NCBI RefSeq assembly: GCF_036321535.1
Contig: NC_087436.1
Coordinates: 89,840,001-89,904,000 of the forward strand
Source: Camelus dromedarius
Lineage: Eukaryota
Length of the DNA stretch: 64,000 nt
Direction of reading: 5' to 3'
Shown: positions 1 to 12,599 of the stretch, piece by piece
How the letters are laid out: the number at the start of each line of letters is the position of its first letter
How positions within the stretch are numbered: position 1 is the stretch's first letter
Notes under the pieces: generated by a model
Seen by the model: only the letters and a program-made list of their open reading frames with translations
Database searches by the model: none
What the model was told of the DNA's origin: nothing
Program-made: the position numbers and the translations under genes

Positions 1-157
1 ACGTGGAAATGGCCCGTGTCTCTTTTGCCCAATGATCATTGGCCAGAGCAAATTCCATTGCCACCTCTAATTTCAAGGAGAGTAGGCAAATTCAATCTGC
101 TCATCATCTAGGCTGGAAACTAGCAATATTTGCTGGGTATTACTAATGTCTGCCAGA
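1..157 (-). mobile_element. Partial MLT1-type LTR at the window edge
   Basis: cattggccagagcaa...ctaatttcaaggag...gcaatatttg...aatgtctgcc resembles an MLT1 in reverse. Confidence 0.55.
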
Positions 158-1109
158 AGCCTCTTAAAATAGCCCGCCTCAAAAAATATTCTTTAAGGAT
201 ACTTTGTTAACTCTTAACTCATAATTCAAAAAGTACTCTTGCTTTTATCTTCCAACTGAATAGCATGAGAAAAGACCCAGAAGTCACAAAAAAGGAATAA
301 TGACTTGAAACCCTATTATAATCCAGTGGATGATCCAGAGAGTGGCTGGAAGCTTCTACGTTAATTAGTGTCTTTGGTTCTGTAGATGTTACCGATATGG
401 GTCTTTTTGAAACAACCGATCAAACACTTGGCAATTTCTTTATTGAAGGAAAATCAGTGGCCAGTTCAAAAGTGAAAGTCACTTGATTTTTCTATTCAGT
501 TCGTATAATAAGCCACAAAATACACTTGAGTGGATTTAATAGCATGGTTTATAGAGAGACCTATGCACAGAAACACAGACAGGGATGCCCGTGTATTGGC
601 AGCAGAAGCACTCACATTCCCATTGGATGAAATGGACAATTTCCTGCCTGTATGTCCTCTTATAAACACATCTTTTTCCATATGCTAAAGACAAGTGTGT
701 GCACAGAAGCAGACATGCTATATATAAATATCAAGAAAGAGGGAGGAAAGGGGGACATTAGAGAACTAACAAAAGATGGAAATGCAGGCCGAGCTGGAAT
801 GAAAAGGAGGGCATGGTATACTAAAAAGAGGACAAGAAAAAAAGGGCAGAAAAAAAGAGAGCGAGAGAATGAGGAAAACCATGTATTCATGAGAAAAAAA
901 ATAAGGCAACATAAGAGAATGTGGGTGTACGAGGAGGGCTCCAACCGATCATTCTGTGAAGGTGGGAACCTGAATGCTAGTGGGAAAGAGTGGATGGGAG
1001 CATATAGGGAAAGAGTCGAAAAATTCAATAAATTCAAGAGTGAGGAGTGCAACTGAATCTCACCTACTAAATGTCAAGGCAGTAAGCCAGTGGCTTTCAG
1101 ACACTTGAC

Positions 1110-1345
1110 ACACTGCACGGTGTTGTCTCTGACCCAGGTGACATTCAGTGCACTTGCATCAACTCGTAGAACGCTCACATTAACCACGTGAAGCTGGTTC
1201 TACAATTACCCTTATTCTGTGGGTAAGACAACTGAAGCCTAGGGAGGCTAAGCAATTTACCCAAGGTTGCACAGTGAGTAGGCAGCAGAACTAGGATTTG
1301 AACCTAAGTGTTTAGCATTGGAGTCTGAGCGCTTCACCACTACTC
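1110..1345 (-). mobile_element. MIR SINE
   Basis: aactgaagcctagggaggctaagcaatttacccaaggttgcacag...ggatttgaacc (reverse MIR core). Confidence 0.8.
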
Positions 1346-1716
1346 TTTCTTGAATCTCATTTCCTCTAAAGAAAGCATGGCGTTTCTCACTTGCAAATAA
1401 TGGTGCAGATGCTCACGTATTCTCTCACTTATTCATTAGGTTGTTTACTCATTCATTGATTCATTCATTCTTTCATTTATTCCTCAAGAAGTTCCTGAAA
1501 GATTATATACACCTGGTCTGTGCTAGACACTTGGAAGGTAAAGATGATTAAGGTGAGGCTCACAGGCATGAGATAGAAAGTTAATAAATAAGTTTAACAT
1601 GATATTCTAGGTTTCAGGTTAAATGCCTGTGCTAAGTTCAGCAGGAGCTCAAAAGGATGATGTGAACAATTTTATCTGGACAGATAAAAAATAGTTTATA
1701 GTGTTGCAGCAAAGTG

Positions 1717-2233
1717 TGTTACAGCTCAGTGTTATAGCTCAGTTGTGACAGCAACCTGGATTGGGGGAGAGACCAAGCAGCACTTGGAGGGTTGGAGAAC
1801 TCAGGTTTATTATGCCAGCGGGCCCAGAGGAGTTAACATTCCAAGCTCTGGACCCCATCTGTATGTTTACATAGACTTTTATAGGCTACCAATCTAGACT
1901 TTGCAACACTTTATAACATCATATGCAAATAAGTCACATAGACAAAGGTGACTAATTGAGAAAAAGCTTTGTAGAAATGGACCAATCAGGAGTGAGGGAA
2001 ATGGACCAATCAGGAGTGAGCGCCATGCAAATAAAGCACTACAAATGGACCAATCAGGAGTTAGCTCAGGGAACCAATAGAATCTTAGGGGTAAGTTCCT
2101 GAAAGTAAGCTGTTTCAGAGTTTAAAAAGTGAGATAATGCCACTGGGCCAGGGAACATGATGGTGCCAGCAGGAGAGTAGTGGCCCTGCCTGGGGGTCCT
2201 GTTGATCTTTTTCATGGGGCTCCCCACCTCAAC
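1717..2233 (-). mobile_element. ERV solo LTR inserted in an L2; left edge uncertain (1702-1730)
   Basis: TG...CA termini, tttatt (AATAAA on - strand) near 1806, tandem CCAAT and octamer motifs; flanks resemble L2; no clean TSD found. Confidence 0.7.
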
Positions 2234-2791
2234 AGGGCTGAAGTTTAAAGCACTCACCAAGTAGATGATGTGAAAATGGCATTCCAGTTGAAGGGGGCAA
2301 TGGAAAGCCAAAGCATAGAGACAATGAAGCTACTGGCCATTGAGAGAAACAAACATTTTCACTTGTAGGGAGCATAGAGAACAGGATGATGTTGAGAAAT
2401 GAATGCTGATTATGGTGATTGATGTGTATGTGTGAGTGTGCACATGTGTGTGTGAGAGAGACAACGTGTTGATGGAAAGATCATAGTTGAGGCTAGAGAT
2501 ATAAATGGATCAGATACGATGTGCAAAAGAGTTTGCACCTTATATGTTTATCAACAAAGAATTTTAAATGGTTGAGAGACTCTATCAAATTGGTTTTGGA
2601 AAACTCTTCGCTGGACCTGTAGGGAATAAACTGAAGAAAACTGAGATTGGAGGTAGAGAAACCAGTTAGTAAGCAATTTCTTATTGGTACTGCAGTGGAC
2701 CAAATGAGGGCAAGGCCAAGGCGATGGAATCGGTAAGGGGCAGAGTGGATCAGAATAATGGATAGATAGGAGGTATTTTCTCAGCAACAGT

Positions 2792-2793
<2 letters not shown>

Positions 2794-2823
<30 letters not shown>
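2794..2823 (+). repeat. (GT)n microsatellite
   Basis: Directly visible. Confidence 0.95.
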
Positions 2824-2826
<3 letters not shown>

Positions 2827-4132
2827 GGAGGGTGCTGAGGAAAAACAGTTGAGAATGACTCCCAGTTTGGGAGATTTTGGTGGGAGGATGGTGGTATGAT
2901 ACAATAGAGAACATCAGAGGAGATGCCTTTCGAGGAAAGATGTTGTCTACCAGTGATGTACAGTGAGCTGTGAGAGGTGGAGAAAGCTTTGAGAGTTACC
3001 AGTATGTTGTAGCTGTGATTGCCCAAGGTCATGGCATTTTAAACTCTGGCACTAAGGCTCCCAATTTGTATTCCAAAGTGCTTAACTCTACAAAGAAATC
3101 AGCAATTATTTATCGGGCATCTATGAGCAAGATACTCTGGCAAATACAAAGAGTTCTCTAGAAAGGGAAATGGTCTACATATCATTATTTAAAATAATTT
3201 GATATCCATAATGAATTTGCCATGGTATTTTTCACTTTTTCTTAGAAATAATTGGTTTCTATTTTCTCTTTCATGTCTCTCTGACTGACCATGAAATACT
3301 CATGGCCTGTTTATGGTTTCACTTATTTCTTCACACTAAGTATATCCTCTCTTCCTCTCATGATGAAAGAGTTTTGGATGCTAAAAAAAAAAATGATATG
3401 GGAATAATCCTTCAGGTGAAACCAATCTTCTCTCACCTGAGATGTATACAAATAGGCCCAAACTAGGTCTTGGACGTCCTCCCTCCTCTGATTTTGTTGT
3501 TATTATTACTGGCTTCCTCTGCAACATTTTGTTTGATGAGTTGTTATTATTCAGAAAATATGCATATAAAATAGATCTTTTTTCTCACTCTGGATGTGAT
3601 CATTTCCTGGTCCTAGGGGCTTCTTCTTAAGTGGCTTTTTGCATCATGGAAAGTACTTAATAGTCTTCTTAATAATAAGAATCAACTTATTAATTGTTAC
3701 ATGGTAACAACTAGATTTGTGAATTATTCAAAGAAACACGCCCTATGTTGCATTCTTTTTCTCAAGCTGCACGTTATTACTTAGTAAAGGTATTGATTTA
3801 GAAACATACAGTTTTTAGAGAACATGTATAGGCCTTGGTCGTTAATTTGTTCGCAATTAACAACATATATTATTTCATGCCTTTTCAATTTGATATAATC
3901 TCCCATGAGAGTAGGGACCATGCCTTATCATCATTGTATCCAGAGTGGTGTCTAATGGTGTCTTGTACATAACAGACACTCAATTAGACTCGTTAAATGA
4001 ATATATGGCTGTCACTAACAGACTTATACTACTCAGATAACACCAACATGTCATCAGTTAAACATTTTGTCCAAAGTTTAAAGGGTGAGACTACACATGG
4101 GAAGCTGAATTTAGGCTGTCAAGGAACAACAG

Positions 4133-4320
4133 AGGCAGTGCAGTATAGACATTAAGCATGGACCCAGACTGCTTGGGCTCTACACCTGGCTCCTCCACTG
4201 GAAGGTCATAAGTTAACTTGACCTTTTTGTGCCTTAAGTTTTGTATCAGTGAAATGGGAGTAACAATAATGTAACTTTTGCTTTGAAGAGTAATTAAATA
4301 AATCTGAAGTACTTAGAATG
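4133..4320 (+). mobile_element. MIR SINE
   Basis: ccagactgcttgggctc...gtgccttaagttttgtatcagtgaaatggg. Confidence 0.7.
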
Positions 4321-7300
4321 GGATCCAAGTTTTTATACTAATGAAGATATTATACGTTTATGTTTATTATTTTCATTACAATTATTATTATTTAGGGAAC
4401 ATGCCTCATAGGCAAAAGCTGTCCATCATGTAGTAGCTTATTCTTCAATGAAATGAACAGTGTATTTTCCAATGAGGGAGCTTTTGGTCTGTATTACTGG
4501 AATGTTCTCTTTGTTTTAGAAAGCAGCTGAAGAGCCTGGAAACAAATTCTGTCTATAATTTCACAAAAGGAAAGCAAAAGGATTTCCTCACAAATTACTC
4601 TGTATATGTATTTGATGTAAGTAGTTGGTTTTTTTAAATCTTAGAAACCACTAGGGTATCCTGAATGTGTGATATATTTGATTTGCAAGTTGGGTAAGGT
4701 TTGTAAAATTATTTTATAAACAGAGAGTTAATCTGTTTTAAGAAGGTAATGTGCATAGTTTATCCAAGCTAGTATATGTGATATATTTAGCTCTAATGAA
4801 ATGTGCCCTAGATACATTTATTTAGCAGAGGAATTTTGGAATTATTTGTTTATAAGGCTAGTTCCTCCCACTTTCCAGCTGTTACTTCTTGCAAAATCTT
4901 AGAGCCTAGTGGACATATTAGAACCATTGATCTAAATGCAACTTACAGGAAAAAATGGAGCTTGACGGTCATAGTTTTGACTTGAGAATTACCAAATTTG
5001 TATTTGCTCCAGTTTTTTTTTTTTTTTCCTCAATTACAGTGTGGTCAATATGTGAGAATAGACTTGCACTCCAAACCTGCTGAAACTAGTAAAGCATCCT
5101 GGCGAAGAGTACCGACTAGTATTTAATTCTGTGAAAACAGGATAATCTCTGCTTTAGTCCCTATTTTTGCACAAATATATATTCTCATTTGAATGAATGA
5201 CTCACATAGGAAAGTCTGTAAAGTGTATATATATTTATTATATGAAATACATGCTGGTATTTTAAAATTTGTAAATATGGTGAGATGCTATTCTTGTTGA
5301 ACCAATTCTGGTACTTCTCTTCAAAGTATGTAAAAATCACTAAGCCCAAATTATGTGGCAGTCAGGCTAAAAGCATTTCGTAGAAATGTGTTATATAAAT
5401 GCTAGTCTCATTAAATCCTTCTGCCTATCTGTATTAGTCCAGACACCTTTCTACCGAGAACTATCTGTACATCTGTGTGCACGTATGCATATATAATATA
5501 TACGTACATCTATTCTATATCCTTATATAGACATATTATCTTGTAAAACCCAAAGATTCGTGAGGTTCCCTATATATAGATTACAGAGTAGTAGTTCCCT
5601 GGAGCAGTAGTGCCAAGTCTTTATATAGCTGAGCCCTAAAAATGGAAGCTCTACAAAATAGCTGCTAAAAAACATGAACAGTTTTGTGAATTTTAAATTT
5701 TAAATGAATTTTAAAATGGTACAATATTGTGAGCTATCAGGAAACAAAATCAGACAAAACCACGATCCTTAAATTCTTCATCTTCTTTTATTTTTGGTCC
5801 TCATGTGGAAATCTCCTTAGGGACTTGGGTGTCAGGGATGGGAATATGTAAGAAGTGACCCCCGCCCCCGTCCCATCCAAATCACGGGAAAGTAACTGAA
5901 ACATGGTCAAGCAGAAGGTTTTGTGCTGCCTGAGCTGGGGTGGGAATGGGTTTACTGGCCACCAATTAGTTGTCAGATCTTCTACGGCATTGGTTGCCTT
6001 AGGACCTGCTCCAAAAGGAGTGGGTAGGAAGAGCTTAGTCATGACCTACACAGGCCAGCTCTCAAATCACAGGCAGTTCGATGCACTCCATTACAGAGAG
6101 GAAAGAAGGAAATCAGACTGGATTTATCAGATATTTATGGGAGCTGGACAATCCTAGAAAAAAATTTGGCTGGATTAGTAACACAGTGAAATATCAGTAT
6201 AGATATTTCTATAAAGGTAGAGGTCCACTGCTTGCAATCAGTTTTCTGATTTCCATTTCCTTTAATGTGTGCTTTGAAGTTTAAATCACAGCTATCCAGC
6301 TTCAATAACATTGTAAAGCATTTTGTGGGGAAGAACTAAAAATCACGGTTTTTGTAGTGAATTTTTTGAATCTAGCTTTTACTAAGTCTCTCTCAAGTAA
6401 GTGCATATCCAAATCCACAGACTGTTCTAGCATACAGTTTTTCAAAAAGTAAGTGGTGAAATCATCAAAAATAGTTTGAACTTTGTGAAGTTCCATATAA
6501 ATGGGTCATATAGCAATGAGATTAGAAATTTATTAAGGATGCTAGTGGGAAAAGCTAATTTTTTAGAACAAATTTCAATAAATACAAATTTTGAGATAAA
6601 GCAATTAAAACTAAATTCCATCATTCATCATTAGAATCCAAGGGACTATCGTGATAAGTATGAAAATAATGTACAAAGATATTTACAAAAAAAGTGTTAC
6701 ATTCATGAAAGGGAGATTTTGTAGCATAGCAACTAAGGTTGGAAAGAAACCATGAGCTGTTCGACCACCATTATAATAATATAAACAATTTAGTAATAAT
6801 ATAAATAGTGAAGCGATAGAGAGCTAAATGAAGGTTGAGTCATGGAAATGGAAAATAGGAAAATACAGTAGGAAGTGAAGTGTTCACACCAAGTAGGAGA
6901 TGTTTAGATTCCCTAGTTGCAAGGTTTTAAATGGCATGCTTTTTATCTTTTTGAATTTCAATTAGACTCTGCAGTGGGCAAGTCAGGAAGAGAATATTAA
7001 TGATGGAGGAGAAGGCTGGTTGGTGTTCTTCACAGAGGCAGCTAAATAGAGCAAATGTTTGTTTAGGTTGTAGCTTATTAAATGCTCATTCAGAAAGTGG
7101 TGATTAATAGGTTAAAAAGAACAGCTTGAAATATTTACAATGTAAAGGTTTTACTCTCCTCACATAATCTTCAAAGCAAAGCTAAAATTTACTGTAGATT
7201 AGCAGTGCCTGTTATGAAAACTGCACCATCCAGGAAAAACATCTGAATTTGGGGTTCATAACTTAGGAAATTGAAGTATTTGGCGTATATTGACTGAATG

Positions 7301-7690
7301 TTAAACGACGGAAATGTATCAGCAGACCTTTCTCTTTTTTTCTTTTAAAATGTCTCACATTTATAACAACTTCTTGATGAGAAACACCCACTCTGCTTTG
7401 TCTTAGTAAGGTGTACATAGCATTCTGTCTTATGTGCAGTACAAAAAAGGAAAATGTTCTTTCTGTTGTTGCTCAAGTTGCACGTTTGGATTTTATCATC
7501 TCAGATAAAGAGAAATGACACAGATCAAACACGGTGCTGCAAGTGTACTGCTGGGGCTGAAATTACAACAGGTCTCCAAGCCAGCAAAAAAGCCCTGAAA
7601 AGAGAAGACCTCAACACCTACCACATTGTCCTCTGTGGGGAAAGAACTTGTGGCGGTAATAGAAAAATCAGGTCCCCTCCTGCTGGCAGT

Positions 7691-7734
7691 GGGGGTGGGG
7701 GTTTGGGTGGGGGTGGGGGTGGGGGGGTTGGGGG
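7691..7734 (+). other. G-quadruplex-forming G-run cluster upstream of the promoter
   Basis: Seven runs of 3 or more G separated by 1-3 T. Confidence 0.75.
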
Positions 7735-8559
7735 AGGATGTAAACTTTTTTAGAGTGGTCGATTGAGTTTGATGACCAGCTCGGGAGGTTGCCTGTGAAA
7801 AGAGATTGGGGGGAAGAATTGCTGAGAGGGAGCGGGTTTCCCAAGGTGTATAATGGACTTTACTGACCGGCTCCTGGGAAGTCTCCAGCCCACAGAGCTT
7901 TGAGGGAAAATTGGTGCTGATGGCAGGAGTGTGAAGGAATGAGTGTGGTACAGCAAGAGGGCTCAGAAAATCAAAGAAACTTCCTGCTGTTTGATTCCAC
8001 GCAACATGCCTGGAACTTGGCGCTCCGTGGTTGCGCCGATGACCAAGTACAGGCGTGATTAGTCCCCTCGCGCTCCCTCGGGAGCGGTACCTCTTCACCT
8101 CTTCTCGGCAGCCACGTCTCTCCAGAGCTAGGGCATGTTAGGGGGCAGGCGGCAGGGCGACGCCCCGGGGATCTAGGGCTGCACAGACACACTGCATTCC
8201 CGACTCCACACCAGCACCCACCCGCAGCCCCCCAGGAACCTCGGGGCCTCCGGGGAGCCCCGGCGGGCGGCGGCGGGGAGCAGTCCCAGGCGGCGCGTGG
8301 GCTCAGCTCCTCTGGCGCGGCGTGGGCGCGGGGAGCGGTGCTCCGGGCGCACCCGCGCGCTCGCCGCCGCCCGGGGCTGTGCCGCTGCAGGTGCGCGGCG
8401 GGCGGCGGGAGGTTACCCGGGATCCGGGCGGGGGTACGGGGTCCCTGCGTTCGGGGGAACCTCGTTAGCCCTCCTCCCAGGCCTGGCTCCTCCTACTCCA
8501 GGCGTGGGGCTCGTGCCCGCTGCTGCCTGCGCGCACCGCGCCGCTGCTCGCATCCCCCC

Positions 8560-8785
8560 CACCCCTCCCGCTCCTGCCAACGCTTCCCCCTCCTCCTCTT
8601 CCTCCTCCTCCGCCCATCACCGCCACTACGGACGCCTTCGCCTCCTTCTACTCCTCGCGCCGCCGCTGCCACCGCTCCTCACGCTCTCCTTCGGCTTCCA
8701 TCAGCTCATCGCTCCCCGCTCGCCCGGCTGCTGCAATCTCTCTCTCTCTCTCCCTCTCTCCCTCTCTCCCTCAATCTCTCTCCCT

Positions 8786-8851
<66 letters not shown>

Positions 8852-8912
8852 TCCTATCTATTCGAGATCAGGGCAAAGGGAGGAAAACACCCAGTTCTGC
8901 TTGCTGTTTCTG
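8560..8912 (+). other. GABRA2: GABRA2 non-coding first exon (5' UTR); 5' end approximate
   Basis: CT-rich leader followed by caagtttcctatc...gatcagggcaaa...ttctgcttgctgtttctg, resembling the recalled human GABRA2 5' UTR; donor CTG|GTAAGG at 8913; no ATG seen in the exon. The TSS cannot be determined from sequence. Confidence 0.8.
8737..8846 (+). repeat. (CT)n polypyrimidine microsatellite in the 5' UTR exon
   Basis: About 110 nt of interrupted then pure CT repeat, directly visible. Confidence 0.97.
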
Positions 8913-9909
8913 GTAAGGTCGCACGCGTTGGTCCCAGCTGGGACCATGACTTCCCCATTTACCTTTGCCTCCCGTGCATGCCTCATCTCCCCCCACCCGA
9001 CTCTCAGATGCTCGCTGGCAACCGAGGAGGCTCGGGTCGCCCCCTCCTCCCCAGAACATTTAAAAAACAATTTCGATACTCTTCACCAGAAGCGTATTTG
9101 CAACTACAATAAAACCCGAGACGCCCGCCCGGCCGGGCAGCACGTTAGCCTGTCTCTTTTATAGTCTCCAACTTTGCACTCGGTGATCGCCGCTGCCTGC
9201 CTGCCTCTGCTGGATCCCGGAGCCTCGCGCTCCTGCTCGGATTGTGATCCTCGGCTCCGGAACAGCTGTCAAACGCGTCGTTTCGCAGCAGTTAATCCGA
9301 ACCCGTCTGCCTCCAAGACGTGGTCTTGGGCAACTGTGGATGGGCAGTGAGGGAGGTTATTTTATTTATTTTATTTTAATTTATTTTAAAGAGAGTGAAG
9401 TAGTGAAGACGTGAGGACTGCAGTTCATTGTAATGAAAGAATAATAATCGAAAAAAGTGGGCTGGCTGCCCTTTGCTTTTCTCGCTGTGAATGCGGGGGT
9501 GGTCTTGGTGGAGGGGACTGTGGCACCAAGTACCCATCTCTCCTCCCCTTTTTCGCTCTCCCCTCCAAACCATTCTATTCTCTAGCTCAGGGTCCCGTGT
9601 GTTATTATTACGTGTGTGTGCACAAAACAGTGTTTGCTTACGATGGGGCTGGGGGAAGTTCCTGGCAGAGCAAAGTCTGATTATTTGGTCGTCTTTCTTC
9701 CCAGAGAAGAAAAGAAAGAAAAGAAAAGAAAAGAAAAGAAAAAATCCTTGGGTCATCACAGCCTACACTCACTCCGCTGGAATAATCTCCATATGCTTTA
9801 ACTCTAATTCCCAGTGGAAATGTTATTCTTTGGGGCCATTTGGTTGGTGAGACTGAATGTAATTTTAAGTCTGTTTTGTTTTTCTTCCAAGACTTTACAA
9901 AGAGTGGCG

Positions 9910-9980
9910 ATGAAGACGAAACTGAACGTCCACAGCATGCAGTTGCTGCTTCTTGTTTTCTTGGTGTGGGACCCAGCCAG
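9910..9980 (+). CDS. GABRA2: GABA-A receptor alpha-2 subunit, first coding exon (signal peptide MKTKLNVHSMQLLLLVFLVWDPA-R)
   Basis: ATG at 9910; translation closely matches the recalled GABRA2 N-terminus; 71 coding nt ending at donor CAG|GTGAGA (GT at 9981). Likely acceptor AAG at 9900-9902, so the exon starts at 9903; an alternative AG ends at 9891. Confidence 0.97.
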
Positions 9981-10205
9981 GTGAGACACTTATTTACTGT
10001 TTTTGACATTTTAAATTCAGGGTAAAGGTGTATTTCTTGAATGCCATCAAAACAGAGGTGGCTTTTTGCGAATCTGAAGTATTCTGAAGGATCATTTCTC
10101 TTGAAAAAAGGTTGTGCCAGAAAACTGAACTATAAAGGGCAGACAAGTAAAAGTTCACTGCTTCTTGTTTTTAGTTATTAAAGACAAAAACGAATAGAAA
10201 CATTT

Positions 10206-10236
10206 AAGAAAGAAAGAAAAGAAAGAAAAGAAAGAA

Positions 10237-10272
<36 letters not shown>

Positions 10273-10285
10273 GAAAGGAAAAGAG
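10206..10285 (+). repeat. (GAAA)n / (GAAAAGAAA)n microsatellite
   Basis: Directly visible. Confidence 0.95.
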
Positions 10286-12599
10286 ATCACCAAAGAAAAG
10301 AATATCCTTTGAATGACATATTCTTGCAAGGAATTGAAGTGGTTAAGTTATGAGCCACTGTACTAACACTAAAATTCAGTAAAGAAGCCAACTGTTTTCC
10401 TTTCAGCCAAAGAGAAAAACACAAACTAAAATGATTTAAGTGTTAACTTCTTTTCTTTTTTCTTTCTTTTTGGTTTTCTTGCTTCCTTCCTTTTTTTTTT
10501 TCTTAAGTGGTTTTGGCTCTTTCAGTCAATATAGAAAAACCAAATGATGTGTGAGTCTCAAACCTCTAGGTGGAGGTAGTATACAACTTCACAATCACAA
10601 ACAATAAAACAAAAGCTTGATTTATTAATCAACTTTTCATATTATTGATTTAGAGATTTTTTTATTCCTAAAATTGTCCTGTCATAAAAAGTACTTATTT
10701 TGAAAATGTAACCAATTTTATTTTGCTTATATTCTACAAACATGAAATTAAAGTTCTATTGCTTTCAATAACTTCATCTTAATTGTAGTCTGATCATAAA
10801 AATCAGAAAAGTGGCCATCTTTTATTTACTACCTAAATTTAGGCTATGGTTTTCAAAATACCAGAAGACTTAAAATGTAAAATTCATAAGAATGTCCATG
10901 TAACCATTCCTTTAAAAAAAAGAACAGTTAGTCTCTATGATTTTGTAATGCCTTTATTTCCATTTGAAATTTTTATTTTCCTGTCTGAGTAATTGTCAAA
11001 GTATGAAAATACTTTCTAGAATTGAGGGATCTCTTTATAAAGCCTTGTTTTTAATTGGAAAGTATCTCTTCATTTAAAATCTTAGTATTGACTTTAGAAA
11101 GCAAATGTGGTATGTGATTAAAAAACACTTTCCCATGAAAAATCCCTAAGTGGAAGTTTATGACTATCTTAGGGACTGTTTTTAAAATTAGCTTAAGGCA
11201 ATATAAAAACTTTTGAGGCTTGAAGTTATGAAATAATTTGCTTACATAATTTAAAAATGTTTATATCAGTATTTTAATATTTTCTTTTCTATCAAGAGAG
11301 TATTTGAAGTTGGTTACCAATTTTTTTATGTATTACTGCTATTTTTAGCTACTAGCTGTGTAATCATTTAAATGCAAATAAATTCTGTCACTGATATTTC
11401 ACACAATACACCTTGATCAGAATGCAATTACATGTAATCTTTGATTTTAAAGGAGTAAGTAAACTGTGGCTAGTTAATAATCACTGAAAGTCCTCAGTCC
11501 TTATCCATATTTCCATCTACTAGTTTTCTGTTCTATATTTGACCTGTAATGTTCATGCCAGTATTTTATTCTATTATATAAACGATTCTTTTTTGGGGCC
11601 AGTAATTTAAATCTCTGAATCATTCTGGGTAAAAAAAAAAAAAAAAAATGGCAGTGAAAAGGGACATTCTGTTTTATACATCCAGTTGCTTCTGCACCAA
11701 ATTGCTGAATGTCACAAAATCAGGTCTCTGGCTTTCTGATGGAGAAATAATGGAGAAAATCACTGTTGCTAACCCTTTTCCGGTGATATTTTAAGACCAT
11801 TTATTCTTTCCGCAAATTTATCTCACGCACACACACCCACACACGCACATACAAAATAGCTAAGCATTTTAATCTTTGGATGACCTCTGTCACTTTCCTC
11901 AGAGACCAGTCAGGAGGGGTCCTCCTCCAAGGCTTTCTGCAGCTGTGTGTGTGCTGCTGATCCTCCCAGAGCCCACCTCCACCTCCTGGCTACATTGGAG
12001 CCTGGCACACAGCCAGCGGAGTTTCCCTGATGTCTATATTGCACTTGGCCATTGGGTGGAGGTATACCCAAAGTAAGGAAATCATCTTGCTTTAAAAGAG
12101 AAAAAGACATAAAAAGAAAAGACATTTATGAGGAAGGAAGAGAAATTTTGTGCCTCCAAGGAGGCAGTTCATTTTCCAATTAATATTCAAATCACTGAAG
12201 AATTATGTCAGGGGTCCCTTTGGTTTTTGTACCTTTCTAAATGCAGTGTAACATCACTAATACTGTCTGCATGTGATACTCTACAATCATAATATATTCT
12301 AGGGAGTGGATTTTAGAAAAAATGACTAGTTCACACAGAATGCTCTGTGTTAGAAATCTGAAATAATTTTGACATCAAACTTTCTGATAATCTAGTATTT
12401 ACTATCCATTTCCAACAGCATGTTTACCTTTCCCACAGGCAGACTGGTATTTATAGAAGTGGAAAAAAAAAAAAAGGAGGAAAACGGGTGGCACTGATAG
12501 CTTAGGGAGACTTAAAATTCAAATCAAGGAAGAAGAGCATGTTAGCGCTTGCAAAACACACATATGTATATATATCAGCTTGTAAAATTATCTGTTTAG

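Larger units (their letters stand above)
1445..2940 (-). mobile_element. LINE-2 fragment split by the LTR at ~1717-2233
   Basis: cattcattgattcattcatt tail at ~1450; purine-rich L2 body 2235-2940. Confidence 0.6.
8000..9310. promoter_or_regulatory. GABRA2: CpG island / GABRA2 promoter region
   Basis: Abrupt rise in GC and CpG density against an AT-rich background; GC-box-like motifs (e.g. gggcgggg near 8426); lies directly upstream of the first coding exon. Confidence 0.9.

Noticed and set aside
652..1056. 134-aa Lys/Arg-rich ORF and its antisense partner
   Set aside because: Purine-rich low-complexity sequence with no recognisable homology or splice structure.
7496..8098. 200-aa minus-strand ORF
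   Set aside because: No recognisable domain; the Pro/Thr run derives from the G-tract.
8297..9112. 271-aa and 192-aa ORFs over the CpG island
   Set aside because: Non-ATG starts, stop-poor GC-rich DNA and a (CT)n-derived SLSL run; this is promoter and 5' UTR.
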